A stretch of DNA of 64,000 nucleotides from Takakia lepidozioides. Lineage: Eukaryota; Plantae; Bryophyta. The position numbers and the translations under genes are program-made. Below the pieces are notes generated by a model. That model had not been told where the DNA came from, ran no database searches, and saw only the letters and a list, made by a program, of their open reading frames with translations. The DNA lies in assembly GCA_030704615.1 (NCBI GenBank), contig CM060731.1, positions 57,784,001-57,848,000 on the forward strand. The letters run 5' to 3'. Below, piece after piece: positions 1 to 13,000 of the stretch; position 1 is the stretch's first letter, and each line of letters starts with the position of its first letter.

Positions 1-6
1 ACGGAA

Positions 7-114
7 AATGTGTAGTATTTCAGTAAGCTATGGATAGGAGTGTGGAGTCAAGAGTGCACCAATGTGTAGTATTTCAGTTAGCTATGGATAGGAGTGTGGA
101 GTCAAGAGTGCACC
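7..114. repeat. 54-bp tandem duplication (2 copies, 1 mismatch)
   Basis: aatgtgtagtatttcagt(a/t)agctatggataggagtgtggagtcaagagtgcacc at 7-60 and 61-114. Confidence 0.9.
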
Positions 115-1066
115 TTGCTCAAGATGCACCGACTGCTCCTTCCAATGATGGGGGCTGAGAAGCCTGCGGACTTTCATTCACAGAGTACCTTTCTTAGGTG
201 ATCAACTAGGAGTGTCGTGGATTAGTATTCACGAGTGTGTGAGGAGTACGGATGGAAACTTCTAGTACCATCTCGTGAGTACACCAAGTTGAATAGGAAG
301 TATTGTGATGCTTCGAGCTTACTAACATGACCAGATCAAGTGACCGATTTGATCACAGCTATTTCAGAACTTACTGCAAATGCACATGTCTGGCAGGAGG
401 TAAGATGCTTGAAATGTGCACACTGCAAATTGCTCACAAACTTCATACATGTAGAAAAAATGGCACACATATTGCCCTGCTAGAAACTTACCCCCTTGCA
501 CGATGGTGGAAACCCTTTAGGCTGAGATACTCCTATTTTGTTTTGACGAACAAACATTACCCACAATCTCCAAAACTGTCCATCCACATACAACCCTCCA
601 AAATGGGAGTAGGAAATGGTGGTCTGGTCATCAGGACCTGACACGTTCAACAAAACGTCCCTTGTTCCCTAGAGTGCTCCTGAACTTTCAATGGATAAGG
701 ACAGGAGGATTGCAAAAAATCACTACGTCAGAGAAACACACTTAAAATGTTCTCTTTAACCAAAAGAGCTCTACTCTTACCTGTGGATGTCAAAGCTTGT
801 GGCGGCGTCACCACCCTACTGTGGTAATTTAAACATGGAGGATCCAACAAGTCACAGCCAAGTAGCAAGTGCTGGCGTGTACCTCAAACCGATCCTTGGG
901 TCTACCACCACAAAGTTGCAGCAACGAGCGCGTTCAACAGTAATATAGGTCAAACATTAGTGTACATGTCCCCACCAATTTATACCAATTCTGGATGCCA
1001 CACCAAAACCTTTTGCATTGAAGACTTTTGAACATGGGTTTTATTGACGTGTAACAAAATTAGTTC

Positions 1067-4000
1067 CTAATTACTCAGATGGTCCTGCTGGTAATCTGGA
1101 TTTAGCTTAAGAATAACAAAGCCTTCTAACACTGATGACAAAGGAATGTACCTGCCATCACAACCACTTCATCATGTCAGCGATCGCCATACCCATCATC
1201 TAAGCCATGTTACAACAAAGTAACAATTAACAGGGGATCATTCACAACTAACCAACCAAGGAAGTCACAGAATCAGTACATATCCCCAAGTACGTAGTAA
1301 TATGAGAGTTAGCAAAAGCTCACTTCTCAGTGGCAAGCTCAGCTCGGTCACCGGTAGCCAGAAGAACAGGTGTGGTGTGCGTCTGGAACCCAGTGATGGT
1401 CTTGGGCCGGCCAGCCTGCCCCACTACGTCCACAGCTTGGCCAACACGCACCGGCACAGACAGAGGCTTCAAGTTCACATCTAGTGTTATCAGCATCCGT
1501 GGCTGCCATCGCACAACCATAACACAACCAATATTAGCCAACTACACTTTGAAGACTGAATTTGAGACCCAATGAAATCGAGGAGAAAGATGAACCAAGA
1601 AAACCAATGGCTGTAGCCTTATGGGCATGGGGAGACAGTTACAAGAGGGAAGATAGTAATGTAAGATTTGTGGAGGAGCAAAGCACATGGTCGTTACATT
1701 CAGTTTTGCCTATGGCTACTGGAAAGCCATATGATATCCTAAGAAGAGATCCAAAAGCAACTAATGCAACATTTCTAAAGCACATGATAACTAGAGGTTG
1801 GAATGACTAACAAAAGTACCTGCATAGCCAAAACAAGGAAATATAAAACATAGTGAAACTTTCCCAAAATAATGGACTTCATGTCCAGGCTCCCGTGCAA
1901 AAATGTCATCAAACCTGCCAGCGCCACACTGCACCGAAAATCTTGTGTTACATCACCAACCCAAGAATAAAACAAATGATGCTGACAGAAAATGCTTCAA
2001 TTACTAGAGAATTTTTCCCCTTTTTGGAGCTAGTGCCTACTGCCTTGAGGTGGAACCTATATCACAGCCACATATGTTGCAACCAAGTACCATGCAGCTG
2101 GGAGGGCAAAGAAATGTCTGACATCAGCCACAGTTCGACTTGAACCGAGGACAACCCAAGCACCTAAAAGAAACGCAGTCTGTTGAGCTGCAGGTCTGGT
2201 ATGCTGAAAATGTCACAATTTTGCACCTTACATGAGCACAGGACGCTTTTCTGGGATGCCTTCATTTAGCACTCACAGAGTACTACGTAGGGTTAAGAGT
2301 TCCACCTTGGTATATCTTCCCAGTAAAACTTTAAGAAAGAGAGACAAACACCAGGTTCATATGACATCCAAGCATGTTGACAGAAAAGGAAAATGAAGTG
2401 CAATAGTTCTGTCAGTTCTTCATGTCGTACGACCTATTCTTCCACTTCAGTGTTGGTCATGGATGCCTTGAACATACTTAGACAGCAAGAAGCGGTCCGA
2501 ATGATAGGGGTTGAGAGTCAGCAATCCCTTTCCCATGTGGACCAACCCCTGAGCGATTCTTACCTGCATAACATACAAATGTGCTCAAATTAAAAGCAGA
2601 GACAAAAGAAAGGAGAAAAAAAGAACAAAAAAATTTCCTAGCTCTGGGACACAGCAACAAAAACAGAAAACCAAAAGAGCCCATAAACCCCTAGATGCTT
2701 GAAGATGGAGGTGCCTCACACAGATAACCTGCTAAGAACTTCTGGTCCACTGATAGAAGGACCTCCGCCAAAGCCGAAGAATCTTGGCAGAGACACCAGT
2801 GTGCTCCCCTAATTTGTAGTAACTAGGGCCTGAGAGAAAAACATGATCCTCCACAGGCACTATATTTGAAGATGAATGTCTCAATCCATAGTGTGAGAAC
2901 TCTCAAGTTGCCCAATGCCCTTATGAGGATATGTCAAGAGATACAAAGGCATGATACTCACTATTCAGTGTGAGCTTTAACACTGGCCCCAATGGGTAAT
3001 GAAATAGCTTCTGAGATCCTCTCAGAACAGCCTATTCCTGTCCTGTAACAGCTGGGTGGATGAAAAGTTGTCTGCCTCCATATGAGGAACACACCATCAG
3101 ACATTGCATGCCATGGCGATACACTTCATACTGGAACGTACAGGGTTGATTCCAGCCCTGCTACCATAGCTGTTTAAAAGGAAAACAACCCAACGGAGCA
3201 AAGAGAGGGATAATGCAGCTGGAGTAAAGAACACATTCGGACAACTAGCTTACACAGAAAAGAAGGCTAGGGTCCTTGTAGTAGTAGCTAGACAGATTGC
3301 GAAGCATGCCAGCGATCCGAGCATTGTTGGTTCCTGCTCCAATTAAGCCCAATGATACAGTAGCTGCCTGTAATCAACAAGGTACACAGTCAGGCACAGG
3401 TTTTTGCAGGCAGGATTAAGGTCACCCAACAGTTCTATATTTCTGCCTATACATTGGGGTCTACGCAATTCAAGCATCTTACTACAGGCAGGACTGGTTC
3501 CCTCCAGATCTTGTCATTCTGCAGGCAACCTAAAATGGAATATCAAGTGATCCCCTTACAATTGGGTTGATGCACAAGGGCAACCTGTGACATAGGCCTA
3601 AAAACAGTATCATGCACGACCAAGGAAACGTGTCCCTACCACTGGGCAATCAATCAAGTAGAATTTTGATTCAGCATTTCACATTCTACCAGAAGAGAAG
3701 AGACAACAAGCTCGGAAACTGAACATGCTGTGACAACAAGACTACCCAAACAGGAGAAGCTCAAAAACATCAAAGGCAATCTTGAAATCACAAGCACTAG
3801 AAGTCCTAGAATATGAAGGTATGCAAACATACCATGGCAACCTCAGAGTCACTGTCATGGGTCAATCGGCTCAGCGTATCCATTACACTTATCTGTGTAC
3901 ACCATTCCATACCACACACAATCAAACCAGGCTCTACACAAATGTGAACATTTAGGCTGAACTGTGATGCGAATTCACCGTCAGTGCCAGTCTCTAGACA

Positions 4001-7000
4001 AAGCCCATTCACACCCTAAAATTCTGGATTGCAAAAGTGCATGTTTCAGAAGTTTTGGTGGTTCTACTGGACCCAATGTTGCCATTAAGACCAACATGTC
4101 CAGAAGGCCTAGACAGGTGATGCTTGTTAAATCCTCATCTCCCAAATTCAGGACAAATCCACCTTCAAAGAGATTGTACTCATAAGACGTTGTTTGCCGT
4201 AGCCTTGTGGCCATTGACCCCGCGCCCAGTTTGAGCGGGAACAAAGGGACAGAACCTACCTCTGTCAGGGCTGACGTTGGTAGTAAGACTTACCTCCATA
4301 TAAAGAATTAATCCGGGTTTTCCAGATATCCTCTAGAAATCCCTTCACACAAGCATCAATCTGCTGTGTGTGATTTGCCCAAAAACTAGGCCTCAGGAGG
4401 GCCTGGGCTTTTGGCTCAGCCTCGAGACTTTCAAAGTTGGTGAACAGGGGTACAGGCACAATTCCCTTAATAGATTTGAAGAGAGCGTCTCTTTGGTGAG
4501 AGAACCCCGGACAGTGTATCAGAAAATGAATACTGTCTTCAGATTGCCCACACAACGGGCAATTGCACTCTCCCTTTCCTCTCTGCTTCTGTTTGCTGTT
4601 CAAAGGTAGGCTTCCTGCCCTGAGTTTAAATTTCAGTCTAGTGCCGAGAGTGGGTAGACCCTTGAGGTCATCCAAGATGTCCTCCCCCATGTCACAGACT
4701 GGAAACAAGTTCAGGGAAGTTTTCTGCCTAACTTCATTTTCATCAGACAATCTCATGGCAACAGACATGGCTGAGGACACTACAGCCTCGAAGTCAGATT
4801 TATCCAGCAGGGTCAAGACTTGCGGATCCAGGTCCAGGTCCTTGAGGATCTCTTCTACTCTCTTCTGCCAGGACTTAGCCTGTTTGACAGGGCAGTCCTG
4901 TTTCCAAGATATAGAGTCGATTAATTTAGGATATCTGGTGTTGGGCATATGTTGCAGCTGACCCCACCATCTGACCGTGAATTCATCTCGTCGGGAGCTT
5001 AAGGACGGAATGCCAAACTCACCCCGAACAGCCACACTACCACTGCACATTTGCTGACATTAGCCTCTAGCCCCCAAAGATCAAAGTATCTCTTCGCGCA
5101 ATCAATCAACTCCTGGAGATTGGTTGGAGTCTCCTCTATGCCTGCGAAGTCATCCGCAAACATAAGGGCTGGTATGGTGGTATCACCCACCCTTAACCCA
5201 AATCCCTCACTTTCCACATCCTCGAGGAGTTGATTGATGAAAACATTGAAGAGCAGAGGGGAGAGAGTACATCCTTGAGCTACACCTTGGTCTATGTCAA
5301 AGAAGTTGGACTTCTGTCCGTTAACAGTGACACAGCTTTTGGTGTGAGCATACAAGTTGTGGACAACTCTCCACATCTTTCCCTTGATCCCACAAGACCA
5401 GAGGCGGAACCATAGGCCATCTCCACACTGTGTCATAAGCCTTTTTGACATCCAGGAAAAAGACATAAGTGGGTTTCCCTTCTTTTTTCCTTCCCTGGAT
5501 AGTCTGGCTTAGAGTGAAGATATGATCCACACAGCCCCTGTTTCGCCGAAAGCCAGCTTGGCCTTCGTGGAAACAACCTCTAGACTCCAGATCAACCTCG
5601 AGACGAGTACTTATAACTCTGCAGAATGTCTTGCCAACAGCATTGAGGAGCGTGATGCCACGGTAGTTCCCCGGTTCTTCTCTGTCACCCTTCTTGTATA
5701 GATTGACAATGACCCCCTGTCGCCAGCGAAAGGGGATCATTTCAGTCTTCCAGATAAGGTTAAAGAGGAGAACTAGGGCCTCTATCATGGGATCGCCACC
5801 GTGCTTGATAAGCTTGTTGACAATACCATCAGGTCCACCAGCTTTATATCCATTTAAATGTTCAATTGCTTCCACAATCTCAGAAGAACTAATGGGAGCA
5901 TTATAAGCCATTGAAATATACTCCAGTTCATCAGGGCTGTTTTGAATCATAGGAACAGTTTTTCCAACTGTGTCCCTCCATTCAGCAGAAGACCCCTCAC
6001 TGTTAGACCTAGAAGTTCTGCCAAGGATACTGTAGTGAGTTTCAAAGGTTTTGACAATGTCAACCGATGAAGTCACCACTGCACCTTTAGTAGTCTTCAG
6101 CGCTTGTACTTGCTGACCGTTTTTCGGTTTGTACAAAGAGAGAGAGAGAGAGAGAGAGAGAGACGACTCCGGACATGGCCAGTGTAGCTCAGAGCCACTT
6201 CACCTTGCGGCTACTGCCCCCTTTTGGGGGTTGGACCTATACCATCTTCAAATATGTGCACCTGCCAAGCTTAACATCCAAGCACAAGAAACGCTACTAC
6301 AACTCCATTTGCAGTACTGATTGCAGAGGTTGAGGGGTGAGCCTGATATCATGCTTTGAGATTTTTTTATCTCCTCTATCCTGGAAAAAGTATTATCTGG
6401 ACGAATCCACTCCTAGGTCAATACAGAGCTTGAAAAAAGAATACCTGCTAAGATTCATCGACTTACCTTGGGGTTTGATATGGAAAGGATGCCGAGAGCA
6501 AGGGGGACTGCCCGACGTATGTTCTGTTCTCCATACTGAAGAAGATGCTGCAAGGAACGAATGGCCATGTCAAGGCCCAACTCTTCAGCCATGGACACGA
6601 GTGCAATCCCCAATACAGCAGGTGCCTGGTGGCTATCCCCTCTCTCCAAGTGGTCTGCACATAGGCTTAGCAACGCTTGCACCTGTTACCACCACCATGT
6701 TCCTGTTAGAGTCCTGTATCTCCCTCTTACATCTGGCACACATGCGAATGGCTATTCATTGGAAGGTGGTAGGCCAAATGCCAAGTTCGGCTCTCTTTCC
6801 CAAGATAACTAGTTTGGGTGATCTATTTGCTGATGCCACCATTGTGACATACCAACACTAACTGCCTTTGGCATTTGATTTGGCAAAAGAAAAAACAAGG
6901 ATAGAAGAGAAGAAAACCTTGAGCACATTGCCAGTGCCTGCATAGGCACACGAATCCAAGGTGACCTGACAGTACTTGGATATCTTTTCATGCAAGGTTT

Positions 7001-10000
7001 TGGCCACCTCCATGGTGGCGTCCACAGCATCCTGCACCAAATGGTCAATTGTCAGAAACAAGACCAAAAGATCATGGTACCTTGGTTGAGGGTCATGCCT
7101 GGGAAAGATAAGTAATCTGGCTGGGTGTCTTGGACAACCATTCTAACAACACTCCTGTGACGATAATGTTCTCAAATTTTGCCATTCTACATCTGAAGTG
7201 CACAGCGACTAGGAGGAATCCAAACTCAGTACGAAGGGTGAAAAGGAGAGCAAATTACAACACCTGTTTTCCAAGGTAAAGAAGCCCAAGGCCAAGGCAA
7301 AGGAACCGCGCCAGAGGTTCTCCAAGCTCTGCCTCACTGCGGTCCATCAAAGCAAGCACAATAGATTGTGCCACCTCTTCATTGCAGGAACCCACATAGA
7401 TGAGGCCGAGGGCAATAGCTGCAAACCCTGCCACTTCAATCCCCACTTTCGAGTCTGTCACTATAGGTGTCAGCAGCTCCAACACCTGCACCACCTCATT
7501 GACCAGTGGCTTAGCATACCTGTTGAAAACATTTACACATTTGTCCATGCCTGAGCTCCAACTGACCCCAAATTGCTGCTGGATCCTTTCACAGCTCTTC
7601 CCACTTATAAAATGTCCATGGCGGATTCTGACTGAAAAGGCAAGTGTAATACTTTCTTGCGAAGTGAAGTAACGAAAGGTAATCCTAGGGATCCTGATGG
7701 GATATGCATATGGGTCACGTATATCCTATTCAAGGCTGCAGAAAATAGTCTGTGATGTCCACCCGTCATGGTGGGCAGGTTGCAAGATGTTTTGGTCTCC
7801 CTTTCTTTCTCTCTGGGCCCTCTCTGGCCCCGTTGGGGTCTAATTGAGGGGCAGCTCACACATAGCAGATTGATGCTTGTGTGCAGGGATGTCTATACAC
7901 AATCCGGAAAGCCCAAACCAGTTGTTCATATCAAGGTAAGTCCCATTACTGGAGTGAGCCCCTCACAAAGGTAGTGTTTGTTCACTCTTGTTCTGCCCAA
8001 ACTGGGTGCAGAGTCTATGGCCACAAGGCTAGGGCGGACAATGTCTCATGCGTTCATTATCTAGGCCCTCTGTGGATGTAAGAACTTACTGATGATTCCA
8101 GTAGCTTTAAATTCACCTTACTAATAAAGTGTGTCACGGAAGTGTTGACATGAAGTAAAGGTCTGAGGAAGGCAAGTAGTTATCTGAGATATCCATAACC
8201 TCAGCATCAAACAAGTATCACCTGTTCTGGACATGGTGCAGCCATTACTAGCATCTTGTTATACATCTAACACACTGTTGTCACAAAAGATTTTCCCTTA
8301 TCAAAGAAGAGGATAAAAGTGAAGCAGATTCCTAGATCACACTCAATGAACACACATTCAAGCATAAACTCAGAGATGCAAGTCTGACCTCCTCCTTCTG
8401 TGTGCCAGCATACGCTAACCCCAGACCCATAATAGCACCGATGCGGATGGTTGGGTCCTCCTTGTTCACTGAGTCAAATAACAATGCGTATGCCTGAATT
8501 TCTCCACAAAATTCAGCTCAGTGACTGTAACCTGATTGAAACCTTGAAACCCGAATTTTCCAGAGATAAAACTCCTAACTCGCATTACTATTGACCTAAC
8601 AACAAATGCAAAGGCGAAGGATATAGAACACTATCTCATCTACAATAAGGCAAACATTGCAATCCATTGACACAATGATGACTGCAAAAGCTGCTGATAA
8701 GACCAAGTCCCTCTTTTCTCCTTAGTGGTACCCTCTGCGACTGACCATGGACAATACTAAAGTTGAATAACATTTTCCTTTACACATCTTGTGAAGGGCA
8801 AAAATCCATTGTAGTTAAATTTGACAGCGAAATTCCCTGCAAGCCTAAGAACTATTTTTTATCTGCTCTAGAGGGTATGTTCAGAAACCATTCCAACATG
8901 AGTAAATGGTACCCTTGTCTTCTCACTAAAGAATGTGCCAATGAAAGCTAAAGGTAGGCAGGACCCTCGGGTATGGTTGGGATTTTGATAAGTTTGCGGC
9001 AGGCGGTTAAGCCCAAGGGGCAGACTGGGCACCATCCCCCCGAGTGTGAACCCCTGAGTGTGAATATTCCAGCGATAAACACTTTAACATGTAAAGAGGA
9101 CCCTGAATCGGACAATTCCCCTCAAGGAGATCAGAATGGACCATTCCGCAGCCTCAATTCAAGCTCTGGCACAAACTCATTTGCCAGGCTGTGCACCAAA
9201 ATCAAACCCCCATTCACATTGACCCAGCATCAGCTGCTGTGGGCATGAGTTGGAACAGAAATTCTTACTGGATCACATTCATTGCTCACACCACAATTAA
9301 CAATGCCGACTGCAAGCAGCGCCCCAGCAATCACATGGTTGTCATTGCTGTACAGGTACTTGTCTACTTGTGGGAGACCACCATCGACATCCCACAGCAC
9401 AATAAGGCCCTGATCACCAGAAACCACCCACCACCGAAACTTCTCTTTAGTTGAAGTAAATTAGACCCATGGGCAGGATTTACCCTGTCACTTAAATGAA
9501 CAAAAGAAACACAATAAAAAATGTCCCTACTCATGAAAAGGCAAGAACCTGAAGTCAAGTTGTATCTAGGGGTCACATCCTCAGTAAATGCAGTTGGGGG
9601 GAGAGAAACTCACCAAGCTGGCAACAGCGCTCGCCTTTCCATGTTCCTTATTCTTGAAGAGCCAGTTGCCAGAGCTGCTTCCTGTTGATGACTCTGATGA
9701 CGGCGCTGTCATCAGCTTGTCCTGCATGATTTTCAATACAGTCATGAATGCCTTCGATGAACACAGTTGCATCCAGTTGATGTTAGACTGTCTTAGAAAT
9801 TAAGTATCTTGGTTGACAGCATAGTTTGTAAGAAAGGAAGTGTGACAAGGTGGTCACAATCCTTGGCAGGCAGACGAGTGTCTCAACAAAGAGACCTAGA
9901 AAGACCAAGGCTATTCTGATAAGAATAATATTGACATGGAAGTCTAAGCAAAAAGCACTAGTGGTGAGGATAGCCCAGACAGGGAAGAAAAAAGACAACT

Positions 10001-13000
10001 TTTTGTACAGCCACAGGAGGCCCAGAGAGAACGAAAGAAGAAAGATGTACCTTTATTTCAGGAATGGGAGAGGAAGAGGTAGAGAGAGATCAGATGAGTT
10101 GTTTCAAGGCCTCGTGAGACAGATAAACTAAAAACCAGCAACTGGATACTGGAGCCTTACTTGACCAAAGCCTGCATTAACAAATGCATTGACAAAAGTG
10201 GCAGCCAAATTCTGGCGAGCAGAATCCACACTCGCCCCAGCACTTGCACGCCCATCTACCAGGTGAGCCTGAATATACGTAGTCAAAACCACAGATACTG
10301 TCTAAACATATAAATAGGTAAAGGAAATTCCCTGCTAATCAGGAAAGTAGACAACATCGACGAAACACAGGAGAACATTTAAGACATGAATCACCACTTG
10401 CAATGCTGATCACTGTGTCTACACGTTTGCCTAGATGCAGACAGAGACACATGGTTAACCAGGTACTCACACCACCCCCTTTCAGATTTACATTAGCAGA
10501 AAAAAGCATGTAAAAGAATGTTCATTATGTATTGTGACAAAACAAAATAAGCAACACCTTGTATATATCATCTGGGGTCTTGGGCTCCATAACATCGAGG
10601 TCACGAGCAAGAGTGAGGTAGCCCTCACTAAGCTTACTGTTGCTCATCAGCTCCTGTAGTAGCTCCCTATGCTCTTCATTGTCGTCCAAGTCCTCATCCA
10701 AATCCACAGACACACGCTGGACATATGGCCACATTTCGGTGAGTCACTCCACTGAGGCACGTACATGCGAGTACGACATTACTTGCATCAAACTATGCTG
10801 GAAAGAGTGGAGGTTCCATTTTGGCTTCAAGTTCTTTCATGTAACCACGACTGGGGCGAAGAATGTTTGTAGGCATAAAGACCACAGAGATATAACGGAC
10901 ACACGAACACAGAGCAAACATCACAAGCCCTATCTATCACCAGGGAGATTTAGCAGAGCCATCCGAGTGCACACGTGTACTGTCTGACTACATCACACGA
11001 TTTTTTAACGCAGATAACCATCATGCAAAAACATCCCACTGGAGCCAACGTCCTTCAGAGCTTCCATCTCCCAATGAATGAGTATTCCTCTTGAAGATGT
11101 GTTATCGGACGGCATGTTCTAAGCATTCAAAGCAGAAAACTGGGAATTAGAAGGGCATAGATCAACCTGTCGTGCCATTATGTAACAAAGTTGCTGCTTC
11201 TCCAGGGGGTCTTTACATGCTAGGAAAGTTGACCTCACAAACTGAAAGTCATGCAACCAGTTTTCAGGTTAGTGAACACTAGGTGTGAAAGTTTGACATG
11301 GTGAATTGCCACTTCACGACTCGGTCACTTATGCCAAATAAAGATCTCGGAGAATGAAACAAAGAAGCCTGATATCGAAGCGCCTAAGAGGGCTAGTCTT
11401 TGACAGCATCCTAATTCTTTGCCCCTGAAGCCAGCAATAAAACCAATGTGCCTCAAAGCAAGGAGTTGATAAACTACCTGCATTTTCCAGTAAGACACAA
11501 ATTTGGCACTAAGATTCCATCAACAAAACAATCAGGGTCCCAAGCATATCATTACCATTCCAGGTACATGAGCTCTCAGTGTAGAAGGGGAAAACAAAAG
11601 AAACCCTCACGATCCACTTACATTTTGATTATCCATGCGCAGAGCCACACGCAAGGCATCCGGGTACTTTTCAAACTTGCAATAGATTTGGTATGCGATG
11701 TCGAGCACCAACATATCATCAGGTTCGGGAACATAACTGTTATCACACCACGACCTCTGACGATGATGAACAACAAATGCTCAAAACCATTTTTGTCTTG
11801 CACTACCTAACTATAGATACCACTCAAGTAATTCAGAGCAACTGTCAAGTGACACTGACCACAGTAGATAACCAAGGTACAATGGAGGAAAATGCTTAGA
11901 AGCATTCAAACTGGAACCGGATAACAATAAGAGAAGGACAGACAGAAGACTGAAATGAAATGAAATGGTACTTTATAACGTCCGCGGACAGACAGAAGAA
12001 TGAAAGAAAGAAACTTTATAATGTCTAAGGAGAAAACAAGGGACAGACCTGGCACAACTTGTTAGATAGGAACAGGTCCTCTTGTAATTGCCCTTGTCAA
12101 TGTGCCCTGTCAATAACTCAAGGCTCTCCACCTGTACATTAGGACAGGACAGGACATCACCTCATCTACACTGTTGGCGGCAATGAAACCATCCATGCAG
12201 CCTATAGGTGATAAGGTCTACTGAAAACTGTCAATGATGACGTGACAGAAAAATTGAGGAAAGGCCATCTGCACTGCAGGAGAAATAGGACAAAATTGGT
12301 TAAAGCATATCCATCAACAGTTTCAATCTAAACAATGGGTACCTCCATAAGAAGATCAACTGCCTCTGGCTCTGCATTGTGCTGCAATAAAATAGTAACA
12401 GGAGACCTTGTCAGAGAGCTTGAAGGGTAAAGAGAAGAGACCATAGAGTATGTGCAGTGATCAACCTAACCTTTGCAGACAGCTCCATGAACAAGTAACT
12501 TTTTCCATTACAAGTATAAGAAGAGGCAAAAGCTGAGATGAAACTAGAAAGCAAATAAGTCATGAAGCTGAAACCATCATACCTTTACATGAAACGGGAC
12601 AATCTGCTTGACCAAATCCATCAGGTCGTCCACAGGTTGCTCGTCAGCCTGCCATGGCATAAACCAACCTTTGAACAACAGCTGCTGATTTGACAAGTAA
12701 ACATAAACCCTTACATAAATAGCTCAGATGATGAAAACTGATCATTGAAGAGATGAGTTATGTGGAGCTCAGTAAATCATTGCCAACCCTCCCTCAATTA
12801 GTATTGTGGATACTAATCAGAAGCAGCAACTGAGTTCATGAGGAAAAACACAGGTGGCCATCAACAGATTCCCTGATGTATGGAGACTTGCTCCAAAGTT
12901 GATATTCAAATGCACGAAGGGTTTACCATGTTGACCATGATCTGCCATTTTCCCACACTAGCAGCAAGAAGACAGTCATGGGTGGCAGAAACGTATTGGT

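Noticed and set aside
772-790. Strong minus-strand donor CAG|GTAAGA downstream of the RPN1 stop (possible 3' UTR intron)
   Set aside because: An isolated donor match can arise by chance; no acceptor or transcript evidence
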